In this document: positions 15,361-23,659 of the stretch, one piece after another
Layout: every line of letters begins with the position of its first letter
Position numbering within the stretch: the first letter of the stretch is position 1
Virus record (IMG/VR): IMGVR_UViG_3300044728_000163
Location: 1-64,000 of that record
DNA length: 64,000 nucleotides
Source of the DNA: a virus
Taxonomy: Duplodnaviria; Caudoviricetes
Strand: one strand, 5' to 3'
The notes under the pieces: generated by a model
Database searches by the model: none
What the model saw: only the letters and a program-made list of their open reading frames with translations
Told to the model about the DNA's origin: nothing
Program-made: the position numbers and the translations under genes

Positions 15361-16911
15361 GATGCGATGCGATGAGCAGTGCAGCGCAGAGATGCTGGGC
15401 GGCGCGACGCGGTGCGAGGCGCTGCGGCGCGGCGTTGGGCCTCTCGACCCGGCATCCAGTCCGCAAACTGGATGCCGCGTGGAGAGGCAATGCGATGCGA
15501 TGCGGGGCGCGGTGGCGCGATGTGGAGCGGTGCGTCGCGGCGCGGAGCGCTGTGAAGCGCGGAGCGGCGTCGCGGGGTTGAGTCTCTCGACCCGGCATCC
15601 AGCAAAACGCTGGATGCCATGTCGAAAGAACGATGCGAGGCGACGCGGGAAAGTGCGCTGTGGCGAGACGCGGTGCGGCGCGCGGCGCAGTGTCGCGCAG
15701 GGTGTCGGGCCTCTCGACCCGGTATCCGGCCTGATCCGGATGCCATGTCGAGAGCGATGCGATGCGGGGCGCAGCGTGGCGTAGCCGAGCGCAATGACGC
15801 GGAGCGAAGCGGGGTGAAGCCATGAGAAGCGGTGAGCAGCGATGTGTGGCGTGGCGCGGTGTTGCGACGAGGAGCGCCGTTCGGTTTGAGTCTCTCGACC
15901 CGGCATCCGGCCCACGAGTCTGGATGCCGCGTGGAGAGCGATGCGAGGCGATGCGAGGCGCGGAGTGGTGTTGCGTAGTAGTGCGTAGCGCGGTGCTGCG
16001 CGGCGTGGTGCTGCGCCGAGGCGCGCGGCGTGGGACCACCTGGGCCTCTCGACCCGGTATCCAGCCGATCTGGATGCCGCGTCGAGAGCGTCGCGTCGCG
16101 ACGCGTTGAGTTGCAAGGCGGTGCGTTGCGCCGCGAGGCGGGGCGATGGGCTGCGGAGCGGCGCGTGGCCTGGTGGTGCGGCGTGTGGCGTGGCGCTGTG
16201 CAGAGCGGCGAAGCGGCGCGACGAAGGGGCCTCTCGACCCGCCCTTGGGACCGATCCCAAAGCCATGTCGAGAGACGGTGAGGCGATGCGAGGCGATGCG
16301 GCGCGGGGCAGAGCGCAGAGTGGCGAGGAGTTGCGTGAAGCGGCGGCGCGGCGCGCTGCGTTGAGTGAAGGCCTCTCGACCCGGCATCCAACATGACCTG
16401 GATGCCGCGTCGAAAGACGCGTTGCGCGGCGAGGAGTAGCGGCTCGTCGTGAGGCGTAGCGTGGAGCGGCGTTGCGTCGAGTCGAGGCGTGAGGCGCTGC
16501 GGCGCGCGGTGTCGCGACGAGGAGCGTCGTTGGGCCTCTCGACCCGGCATCCAGCCGCGAAGGCCGGATGCCGCGTCGAAAGACGCGTTGCGTTGAATAG
16601 CGACGAGTCGCGGGGCGAGGCCGAGCGATGAGTTGAGATGCCTTGAGGCGGTTGGCCTTGAGTCTCTCGACCCGGCATCCAGACCAAATCTGGATACCGC
16701 GTGGAGAGAACGATGCGATGCGATGCGATGAGATGCGCGGAGGTGCGTTGCGCCGCGATGCGCCGCGTCGCGCGGCGAGGTGTAGCGTCGATGGACCTCG
16801 CGATCCGACCTTCAGACCAACCGGTCTGAAAGCCGCATGGCGAGGCGAGGCGTCGAAAAGCGATGAAGCGCGAGGCGTCGCGGCGCGGTGAGAAGTGTTG
16901 CGGCGCGGTGG
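15361..16911 (-). repeat. Hairpin-punctuated pentamer array, putative guide-RNA (ncRNA) array
   Basis: Hairpins CTCTCGAC-CC-GGCATCCAG-loop-CTGGATGCC-GC/AT-GTCGAGAG at 15441-15486, 15584-15628, 15711-15754, 15892-15938, 16046-16088, 16231-16274, 16373-16416, 16536-16582, 16664-16708 and a divergent one at 16796-16845; intervening tracts parse as G-NN-G-(C/A/T) pentamers on + (GC-NN-C on the sense strand). Confidence 0.95.
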
Positions 16912-16916
16912 AAACA

Positions 16917-17510
16917 TTAAGCTGCGATCTGGCGATTATCTTGCCATACCAGCTTATCGATTTGGAAACGACCGTTCGTTCCACCCTTCTCGGGCCGGAA
17001 CCGACCGATGCCAACGAACAGGCCACTCAGGTTGACCATCTCGCGGAAAATCGTTTCGGTAATAATAGGATCTAGGATAATCACATCGAAGGTTGATTGC
17101 CATTCCGGCATGATCGGAAACCTACGCGTCACCCGCTTGCCAGAGCCGCGCACCCCATCGGGGTTGGCGCTGATGGTCACGCTCGTCACCGTCGCTGGAT
17201 CGATGTTGAGCGCGGGGTCTTCCAGAACCGCGATACCCGCCGTAAACTTAGCTGTCCATGTCGCCTTGCCCTGGCCGGGGATTTGTCGCTTGGAATATTT
17301 GGCACCAGAAGCGAAGCACTGTTGCAGACCATGCGCCGGAATCACCACGGTCGGTTTCCCATCGCGAATGGTGTGATTCATCTTGTGTTTCCAAGTCCTT
17401 AAGTCCCAATCGTCGGGCCTTTCTCCTTCTAGTTTAGGCTCATCATGCTGACGGCTCTGCGACAAGGGCGTGATGCCCTTGATCGTGACGGTGGCGATGC
17501 TGGCTTGCAT
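16917..17510 (-). CDS. Cas7/RAMP-superfamily-like RNA-binding protein, putative effector of the array
   Basis: N-terminal strand TVTIKGITPL, VVIPAHGLQQCF (cf. Csm3/Cas7 IPGSSLKG), and Gly-rich loop GLFVGIGRFRPEKGGTNGRF before the last strand; array begins 6 nt after the stop. Confidence 0.75.
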   Translation of the reverse strand: MQASIATVTIKGITPLSQSRQHDEPKLEGERPDDWDLRTWKHKMNHTIRDGKPTVVIPAHGLQQCFASGAKYSKRQIPGQGKATWTAKFTAGIAVLEDPALNIDPATVTSVTISANPDGVRGSGKRVTRRFPIMPEWQSTFDVIILDPIITETIFREMVNLSGLFVGIGRFRPEKGGTNGRFQIDKLVWQDNRQIAA

Positions 17511-17530
17511 GGTAAAAGTCCTTTTTTAAC

Positions 17531-17590
17531 GTGGCGTCGAGACGCGATGAGAGGCGTTGAGTCGAGATGCTATGCGACGCGCGGCGACGC
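17531..17590 (-). promoter_or_regulatory. Twelve-unit pentamer tract in the 5' leader of the RAMP-like gene
   Basis: gtggc gtcga gacgc gatga gaggc gttga gtcga gatgc tatgc gacgc gcggc gacgc; same G-NN-G-C code, ends 20 nt before the ATG. Confidence 0.8.
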
Positions 17591-17785
17591 GCGATCGTCT
17601 CCAGCCTCGCGACTGGCGTCCAGCCGCAAGACTCCATCCAGAATGTCGCAGATGATCCAACTGACTGACCGGCGCTCCATCTCGGCGCGCCGATTGAGCA
17701 CGCCGTACAGGTCGTCGGTCAGCCGAACGTGAACTGACTTACCCTTGGCCCCGCCCGAACCAGGCGCGACAGGTCTTCCAGCCAT
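17570..17785 (-). CDS. Ribbon-helix-helix (Arc/CopG-like) repressor
   Basis: KSVHVRLTDDLYGVLNRRAEMERRSVSWIICDIL; GGAG RBS. Confidence 0.8.
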   Translation of the reverse strand: MAGRPVAPGSGGAKGKSVHVRLTDDLYGVLNRRAEMERRSVSWIICDILDGVLRLDASREAGDDRASPRVA

Positions 17786-17850
17786 CACTCACTCCAACCC
17801 TGAACAGACCAAACGGACTATCATGGGAACATGAGGATAGCAATGGGTAA

Positions 17851-18183
17851 TTATTTCAATATTCCGTTGTCGATGCCCCACCCACGCATGATGTCCAGGC
17901 CACGCTGGCGCTTCTCTTTCTCGGTGTGGCCATCGTTGTAGAAATTCACCCCCGTGAGGATGTCGGCCACCCACTCCTTGCCGTCCGCGCGCATCACCGG
18001 ACCCACTTCGCGATCACCTCCCTGGCGCTCCCAGATCGGCTCGTAGAACCGGTTGAACAGCACCTCGCGACCGGTCTTCGTCGTCCACATGCCGTAAGCG
18101 ATGTCATTCTGACGTTCGAAGTCACGCGCGGTGGCGAAGTGACGAGGCTTCCCGCCGTGGGTGAACCGTTCCTTGAAACTCAT
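17851..18183 (-). CDS. Hypothetical protein
   Basis: GGAGG RBS; aromatic-rich globular sequence. Confidence 0.75.
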   Translation of the reverse strand: MSFKERFTHGGKPRHFATARDFERQNDIAYGMWTTKTGREVLFNRFYEPIWERQGGDREVGPVMRADGKEWVADILTGVNFYNDGHTEKEKRQRGLDIMRGWGIDNGILK

Positions 18184-18214
18184 GTCCCTACCTCCCTAAC
18201 GTGCCTCTACCATC

Positions 18215-18425
18215 CGCCCCTACCTATTGTGAAGAAAATGGCTGATTTCCGCCATTTGCCTCCACGTCACCACCTCCCCACCGGTTTTCCAAAACCCTCT
18301 CCTGTGCGTGCGTATACACACATGCGTGCAGGTGCCTATAGGTAGGGGCGTGGGGGCATGTTGGTTTATTACCTAGAGAAAGCTGGTTGGGGAAGTGCCA
18401 CCACGGTGGGGGCATAGTGGGGGCG
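18215..18425. other. Candidate replication origin
   Basis: 13-bp inverted repeat CGCCCCTACCTAT (18215-18227) / ATAGGTAGGGGCG (18338-18350); three GTGGGGGC repeats; non-coding, just downstream of the VapE helicase. Confidence 0.35.
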
Positions 18426-18447
18426 AAACACCCAAAGGTAGAGGCAA

Positions 18448-19887
18448 TCAGGTGCCAGGAGCCTCGTCAGGCGGTTGCCAGGTCGTGGTCTTCCCGCGCG
18501 ACAGTTCATTTTTGACTGTTGGCAATCTAACGTGGCGAGACGCGATCCATCCCATCGCCTTCAGAACCTCGGCCACCCTCATCTCATGCACCTTAGACAT
18601 TTTATCTTTTGTCATGCCGATCGCGTGTTCCAAGATCCTGGCGACGTAGATTGGTTCGACGGCGAGGAACGCGTCGGTCGGTTCCGCCTGATCGGCGATG
18701 ATCCGCGCCTTCGCTTCCGAGCGCTCCCGTTCGGTTTTGGCGACCCATCGTTGGACGGCCACGGTCCAGATGTCCTCGCGCATGCGCGTGTTGGTCAGCC
18801 GCGCCGCCTCGGCCTGCAGTTCGTCGGTGTCCAGCCATAGCCGCCGGTCGTCCCCTTCCGCCTCGCGCGCCGCCGCTTCCGCCCATAATTGTTCTCTGTT
18901 AGCAATGATCCATTGAACATCCGCCTTCTGACAGAAGGCCGGCCAGAACCGTGTATTCCCAGTTGTATCCTTCAAATAATCTTGTTGATTTGTCGTTCCA
19001 AAGAACACTCCCTCGCGTGGCACGTCGCGGAAATGGCGCTCATACGGTGGCCGGAAATGATCGGTGTTCCTTGACAAAAACGCCTTGAGTGTTTCCACAT
19101 CGGAACGGATGACCTGCTCGATCTCGCTGAACTCGACCACCCATTTGCCGAAAAGTCCTTGCGCCGCCTCCTTGTTTCGCAAATCCGCGAACACCGTGTC
19201 GGTGAAGAACTCCTTGCCGTACAGCACCTCGATCACCGTGCTTTTGCCGAGCCTTTGCTCGCCTTCCAATATCAACATCGAATCGAATTTGACCCCTGGA
19301 CGGCGCAGCCGCCGCACCGAAGCGACCAGCATCCGCGCGCCGATCGCGGCGTAGTAATCCTCGCGTGCCTTCCAGCGAGCGTATTCCGCCTCGTCACCAT
19401 TGCGGTCGAACTCGTTGCGGACATCGAAGGCCTCGACCATCCAGGTGTCGATCCGATAGACACCATCCCATCGTAACGAATTAATCCAGTCCAGTATTGG
19501 ATGATATGAATTCTGCCGCGCCACGACCTCCATGGCGTCGGCCACGTTGGCGCGTGGCCAGTTCTTGTTCCAGGCGCACTGCAGGTACCCGGTGACCAGG
19601 GTGATGTCGGTGGTGTTCCACGGCCTGGGGTATGGCCCCCGCTCGTCCACCTCCGAGCCGTCGAACCGGGGTGGTGGCCGCAGCAACACCGCCTGACAAC
19701 GGTAACTGTCGAAGGCGAACATCGGACCCAGCGTGCCCGTGAACGGATCATCGTTAGCCAGGATCATCATCGCGTTATGTAAAGTAACAAAGACATCACC
19801 GTCTTTGGGCCGCGCCAGGCGGAACCGCCAGCCTGGGTCCGGTGATTCGAAAGCGTCTGGCGCGTCGGGCGGATCATTTGGCATCAT
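18448..19887 (-). CDS. vapE: VapE / virulence-associated E family P-loop helicase
   Basis: YHPILDWINSLRWDG..RID, LILEGEQRLGKST, WVVEFSE, FFGTTNQQDYLKDTTGNTRFWP. Confidence 0.9.
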   Translation of the reverse strand: MMPNDPPDAPDAFESPDPGWRFRLARPKDGDVFVTLHNAMMILANDDPFTGTLGPMFAFDSYRCQAVLLRPPPRFDGSEVDERGPYPRPWNTTDITLVTGYLQCAWNKNWPRANVADAMEVVARQNSYHPILDWINSLRWDGVYRIDTWMVEAFDVRNEFDRNGDEAEYARWKAREDYYAAIGARMLVASVRRLRRPGVKFDSMLILEGEQRLGKSTVIEVLYGKEFFTDTVFADLRNKEAAQGLFGKWVVEFSEIEQVIRSDVETLKAFLSRNTDHFRPPYERHFRDVPREGVFFGTTNQQDYLKDTTGNTRFWPAFCQKADVQWIIANREQLWAEAAAREAEGDDRRLWLDTDELQAEAARLTNTRMREDIWTVAVQRWVAKTERERSEAKARIIADQAEPTDAFLAVEPIYVARILEHAIGMTKDKMSKVHEMRVAEVLKAMGWIASRHVRLPTVKNELSRGKTTTWQPPDEAPGT

Positions 19888-20720
19888 CTCTTCCCCAGTG
19901 GAGTGCGTCGGCCAGCCTTGATCGCGGAATGGATCGTCGCCGCGGCTTCCATCCCGTCCAGGCCCGCGGCGCGAGCGGCGGCGTAGAGGGTATCCACCGC
20001 CCGGTCCTCATCCAGCAACCCGGCCCCGATCAACTTACCGATCGTCCACGCGCGCCGGTTCAGGACGATGTTGCGGCCCCCCTCGCGCGCGTCGCTGATC
20101 GCGAACGCCGCCCGGTTCAGCGCCTCGTGGGCGGCGTTGCCAGCCCGCTCCCCATCGGAGAAGCGCTCCGCGACCGGCGGCGGCGGCGGGGTCCGCAGCG
20201 CCGTCAGGAGCCACCCCGGCGCGTCCGGCGGGCTGACCTCCCATGGTGCCACGATCCACCGGTAAGCCCGCCCCGTGGTGGTGTGGATGCTGGGCGGGAT
20301 CGTTTGCGTCTGGGCACCCCTCTTGGGGTCGATGCCCGCCCACGCGGCTCCCAGCCGGTCGGACGACCCGACCAGGTTCAGGCCGATGTTGGCGCGATAA
20401 AATAACAACACGCCGCCGCCACCGGATCTGGCCCGCGGCCCGACCGGCAAGGGTCCATTCTCGGCGACCAGCCGCGCCATCGAGGCGATCCCGTCATGCG
20501 CGTGCGTCTCGGTGGAATCCACATCGAGGCCCCACACGCCAGACCGGCCAAACACCACCCGCCAGTTGCAGCCGGGATGCTCCCTGGCCCACAGCGCCAG
20601 GGTATTGAGGTCGGAGGTCGCCTCGCCCTGTGACCCCTTCCAGAGGCCCGCCCTGGACGTGCGCGAACAGGGATATAAAGCCCATCCAAGCAACGCCAGG
20701 CGTTCCAGGTCCCGATGCAT
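19884..20720 (-). CDS. Bifunctional DNA primase/polymerase (Prim-Pol) N-terminal-domain protein
   Basis: WALYPC, CNW, GVWGLDVD, SGGGG, GID, PPSIH..TG..YRW, PDAPGWL; helical tail G.RN..L. Confidence 0.85.
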   Translation of the reverse strand: MHRDLERLALLGWALYPCSRTSRAGLWKGSQGEATSDLNTLALWAREHPGCNWRVVFGRSGVWGLDVDSTETHAHDGIASMARLVAENGPLPVGPRARSGGGGVLLFYRANIGLNLVGSSDRLGAAWAGIDPKRGAQTQTIPPSIHTTTGRAYRWIVAPWEVSPPDAPGWLLTALRTPPPPPVAERFSDGERAGNAAHEALNRAAFAISDAREGGRNIVLNRRAWTIGKLIGAGLLDEDRAVDTLYAAARAAGLDGMEAAATIHSAIKAGRRTPLGKR

Positions 20721-20788
20721 CCCCGACCCCGTCCCCTTATTGGGCGACCAGTTATACGCCGGTCGCCGGTCCCGTCACCGCGGCGCGG

Positions 20789-20959
20789 CTAATCCTCGAC
20801 CGTCACCTTGAAGCCGTTCCTGGTCGCGTCGATCACGAACCGCGCACCCACCAGAAACCCCATGAACATCACCCGTCCGGACGGCAGCGTGACCATGATC
20901 TCACCCTCCTGGGTGACGCGGGTGACGATCACTTCCGGTTCATCCTCGACGCCGCTCAT
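20789..20959 (-). CDS. Hypothetical protein (56 aa)
   Basis: TGATG coupling at 20959. Confidence 0.6.
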   Translation of the reverse strand: MSGVEDEPEVIVTRVTQEGEIMVTLPSGRVMFMGFLVGARFVIDATRNGFKVTVED

Positions 20960-21372
20960 CAGCCCCGCTCCTTCGCGTTCCACGGTTTGAACGCGCGCAT
21001 CGCGTCGGCCTGTAGTTCCGGCGCGTTCCAGTCACCTCGAAAACAGACCGCCCGGTCGTCGATCGTGAGCCACGCCGCCGGTTTCTCGTGCGCGAACTCA
21101 ATTTCCAGCGGCTGCACGGGATCGCGCTGACCACCGGCTTTGATCCAGGTGTTGCGCTGTTCGTGCAGCCATGTGCCCATCGCTATCACGCCCGCATCGT
21201 CTTTGGACCGTGATGAGTAGATCACGAGCCTGAACTTATCCCGCACCGTCTCGACCCATTCAAAGAAGCCCTCGGTGACATCATCGTATAGTTCACCGTT
21301 TTGCCACCCCTTGCTGTATTTATTTATAACGCCATCGAAATCAATACAGATTGTTGGTTTGAAGTCGCTCAT
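20959..21372 (-). CDS. HAD-superfamily phosphatase-like protein
   Basis: [30 protein letters not shown]. Confidence 0.8.
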   Translation of the reverse strand: MSDFKPTICIDFDGVINKYSKGWQNGELYDDVTEGFFEWVETVRDKFRLVIYSSRSKDDAGVIAMGTWLHEQRNTWIKAGGQRDPVQPLEIEFAHEKPAAWLTIDDRAVCFRGDWNAPELQADAMRAFKPWNAKERG

Positions 21373-21376
21373 CGTT

Positions 21377-21586
21377 TCAGCCCTTCTCCATCGCCCGCAG
21401 CAACAGCCAGGCGAGGATCACGGGATGCGACTCCCCGCCGCGGGATCGTTCCATGGCGGCGCGCATCGCCGCCGCATCGCCTTCATACGTCCCATCGGCG
21501 TTCAGGATGATCTTCACCGCTTCGTTACCGAAATTAAAAGTGATCTTCGCCGGGAACGTCGGATCGCCGTCGAAGAAGCTGTTCAT
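21377..21586 (-). CDS. Hypothetical protein (69 aa)
   Basis: TGATG coupling with the helicase stop. Confidence 0.65.
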   Translation of the reverse strand: MNSFFDGDPTFPAKITFNFGNEAVKIILNADGTYEGDAAAMRAAMERSRGGESHPVILAWLLLRAMEKG

Positions 21587-22917
21587 CACACCCCCACCAG
21601 CACCAGGCCCCGAGCGGCCCGCGTCGCCCCGGTATATAAAAGCCGCCTGACCTCCAGCGGATTGTCCGGCATGCGCGCCCGCGTGTTGGGGATGTCGAGG
21701 AACGCGAACTGAAACGTCGAACCCTGCGAGGCGTGCAACGTCATCGCGTAGATCGACTGAGCGCGCGTGAAGAAATTCATGAAGTCGTGATACTGGCTCC
21801 ATGTTTTGGACGAACCCTTGCACTCGTCGCGCAGTTCGCCGAGTTCCAGTTGATACTCCTGCCAGTCACGCGGCACATGGATCATGTGCGGGATGCCAGC
21901 ATCCGTCTCGACCTGAATGTCCCAGGTCGAAACCTTGGCGTGCAATCCCTTCTCGATCGTCCTGACGCGCACTTCCTCGTTGGTGGCGATCAGCACCGTG
22001 TCATCGATCACCAACGGTGAGCGCATCAGCAACATCTCACCCGGCAAATACGGCGACTGCTTCGCCTCGTCGCCGTAGAGCCAGCCGCGGACGCGGGTGT
22101 TGATCTGCAGGACGCGGTCGTTGGTGTGGCAAAGGTAGCGAGCGAAGTCAGGGTCTTTCGCGAAGTCCTCCGACATGATGGCCTTCTTCAGCCACGCGTC
22201 GGTCTGCCCCCGCGGCGGCACGAAGATGCCGATGTCGCCCACCCGTTCCGGACGGCACCATGACCAGTCCATCGGTGCCTCCGGCGTCTTCTGCGTGGCG
22301 CGGATCACCTGGGCCGCGGCGATTATGGGGTTATCCGCCGCCTGGCGCACCACGGTCGTCAGATGCGAAGCCGGTAAAACCTTGAACGAGTCCGAATTCA
22401 TCTCTCCCACGGGAGGTATCTGCGCCGGGTCGCCGACGAATATCACCGCGCGAACATCCAGCCAGCGATTGATCATCTTCATGATGTCCTCGCCGAACAT
22501 CGAACATTCATCGAGGATGAACACCTGTCCCTCGATCGCCCTGGCGTTGTCGGAGCGGACGAATACCTGTTTGTCGCGCACCTGTTTCGGTCGCAGCGAC
22601 AACAGCGAGTGGATGGTGCCGCAGGGGATGGAGCGGCCTATCTTCGCGCGCAGCACCGCCGCCGCCTTATGCGTCGGCGCGGCGCATCGCACATCAATAA
22701 ACCGATTTTTCAGTTCCGCCGCGATGATCTGGACGAGGGTGGTTTTGCCGGTCCCCGCCGAGCCGGTCAGCAGATGCTGCCGCCGCATCTCGATCGACGC
22801 CATGATCTCGGCCTTGGCCCGCGCCTGGTCCTCGGTCAGCGTGACATCGGGTACCGGCACGGGGGCGTAATCCGATACCCCGTAGTCGTCATCGTCGTCA
22901 TCCCATTCCCTGTCCAT
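21586..22917 (-). CDS. SF1B helicase (RecD/Dda-like)
   Basis: GSAGTGKTT, APTHKAA, TIHSLL, ILDECSM, VGDPAQIPPV, VVRQA, YAMTLHASQGSTF, YTGATRA. Confidence 0.92.
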   Translation of the reverse strand: MDREWDDDDDDYGVSDYAPVPVPDVTLTEDQARAKAEIMASIEMRRQHLLTGSAGTGKTTLVQIIAAELKNRFIDVRCAAPTHKAAAVLRAKIGRSIPCGTIHSLLSLRPKQVRDKQVFVRSDNARAIEGQVFILDECSMFGEDIMKMINRWLDVRAVIFVGDPAQIPPVGEMNSDSFKVLPASHLTTVVRQAADNPIIAAAQVIRATQKTPEAPMDWSWCRPERVGDIGIFVPPRGQTDAWLKKAIMSEDFAKDPDFARYLCHTNDRVLQINTRVRGWLYGDEAKQSPYLPGEMLLMRSPLVIDDTVLIATNEEVRVRTIEKGLHAKVSTWDIQVETDAGIPHMIHVPRDWQEYQLELGELRDECKGSSKTWSQYHDFMNFFTRAQSIYAMTLHASQGSTFQFAFLDIPNTRARMPDNPLEVRRLLYTGATRAARGLVLVGV

Positions 22918-23120
22918 CAATCTTCTTCCTCTGTTATTTTCCTGCTGGTCCACGACCACAGGGCGCACGGCTGCACGGAAAAATCTGTTTCACATTCATC
23001 ACAATGTAATTCGTAGCCGCCCTCATCGAAGTAGTGCGCTTCATCGAGTTTCCATGTGTGGCCACAGCCAGGGCATTCCGGACCTTCATGGCTGAACGAG
23101 GAAGACCCCCAGCGCGTCAT
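22917..23120 (-). CDS. Small Zn-ribbon protein
   Basis: CPGCG..CDECETDF. Confidence 0.7.
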   Translation of the reverse strand: MTRWGSSSFSHEGPECPGCGHTWKLDEAHYFDEGGYELHCDECETDFSVQPCALWSWTSRKITEEED

Positions 23121-23425
23121 TCTTCTTCCTTAACCTCGCCATCATCTGGCACCGCGCCGACAGGCTCCGATGGCCCATCGATCAGCGGGAAATGTATCTC
23201 ATCCGGAACCTTGCCACGCCAGCCACGCAGGTAATAAACGCCAGATTCCAATGTCCCGATCATGTGGATCGGCCAGTTCAACAGATCGTTGATCGTCAAA
23301 CCCAGAGTGCCGTTCTTGTTCTTCCACAAGAGTCCGGTGTAATGCGGCGGCACGTCCGGCGGTTTGAAGTTCCGCACCACGCCAGGCACCCCGCGATCGG
23401 GATCGTCCTGTTTAAAATCCGCCAA
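23117..23425 (-). CDS. Hypothetical protein (TTG start)
   Basis: GGAG RBS before TTG 23425. Confidence 0.6.
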   Translation of the reverse strand: MADFKQDDPDRGVPGVVRNFKPPDVPPHYTGLLWKNKNGTLGLTINDLLNWPIHMIGTLESGVYYLRGWRGKVPDEIHFPLIDGPSEPVGAVPDDGEVKEEE

Positions 23426-23642
23426 GTTTCTCTCCGATCCTGTTGATGATTTCCCACATCTTGTCGCTGATCCGCGTCTTGTTTCCGTAGTCGAGGAGAC
23501 GATCTCCCACATCGTCGATGAACGCGGCCTCCCAGTCGGTCAGCACATTGCTGTGTTCCGCCTCGCTAACGATTTCCCTGATGCGTTCCAGTTCGTCATC
23601 AGTCAGAACATCGTGATCCTGTGGTGTCGGCCTGGTTCGCAT
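23412..23642 (-). CDS. Hypothetical protein
   Basis: LTDWEAAFIDDV..R...YG..T.IS.K.W motif. Confidence 0.7.
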   Translation of the reverse strand: MRTRPTPQDHDVLTDDELERIREIVSEAEHSNVLTDWEAAFIDDVGDRLLDYGNKTRISDKMWEIINRIGEKLGGF

Positions 23643-23659
23643 CGGGAAATCTCCAGTGT

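Noticed and set aside
15441-16708. Assigning the functional strand from G-U wobble pairs
   Set aside because: Some variants favour the - strand (GTCGAAAG; copies at 16536 and 16664) and others the + strand (GGTATCC copies), so it is not decisive; strand was assigned from gene context
15441-16845. Canonical CRISPR array
   Set aside because: Repeats are about 45-nt hairpins with variable loops, spacers are 81-142 nt and internally periodic, and there is no cas1/cas2/cas6
15361-16911. Simple microsatellite or REP/BIME-like element
   Set aside because: Variation is confined to two of five positions, tracts do not copy each other, and the same code recurs in the leader of the adjacent RAMP-like gene; no transposase nearby
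15060-17026. Long ORFs across the array (15060-16550, 15280-16917, 15341-17026 and + strand ORFs)
   Set aside because: Several frames are open at once with Arg/Ala/Pro low-complexity translations, as expected for GC-rich pentamer repeats; indels break the 5-nt phase without regard to codon frame
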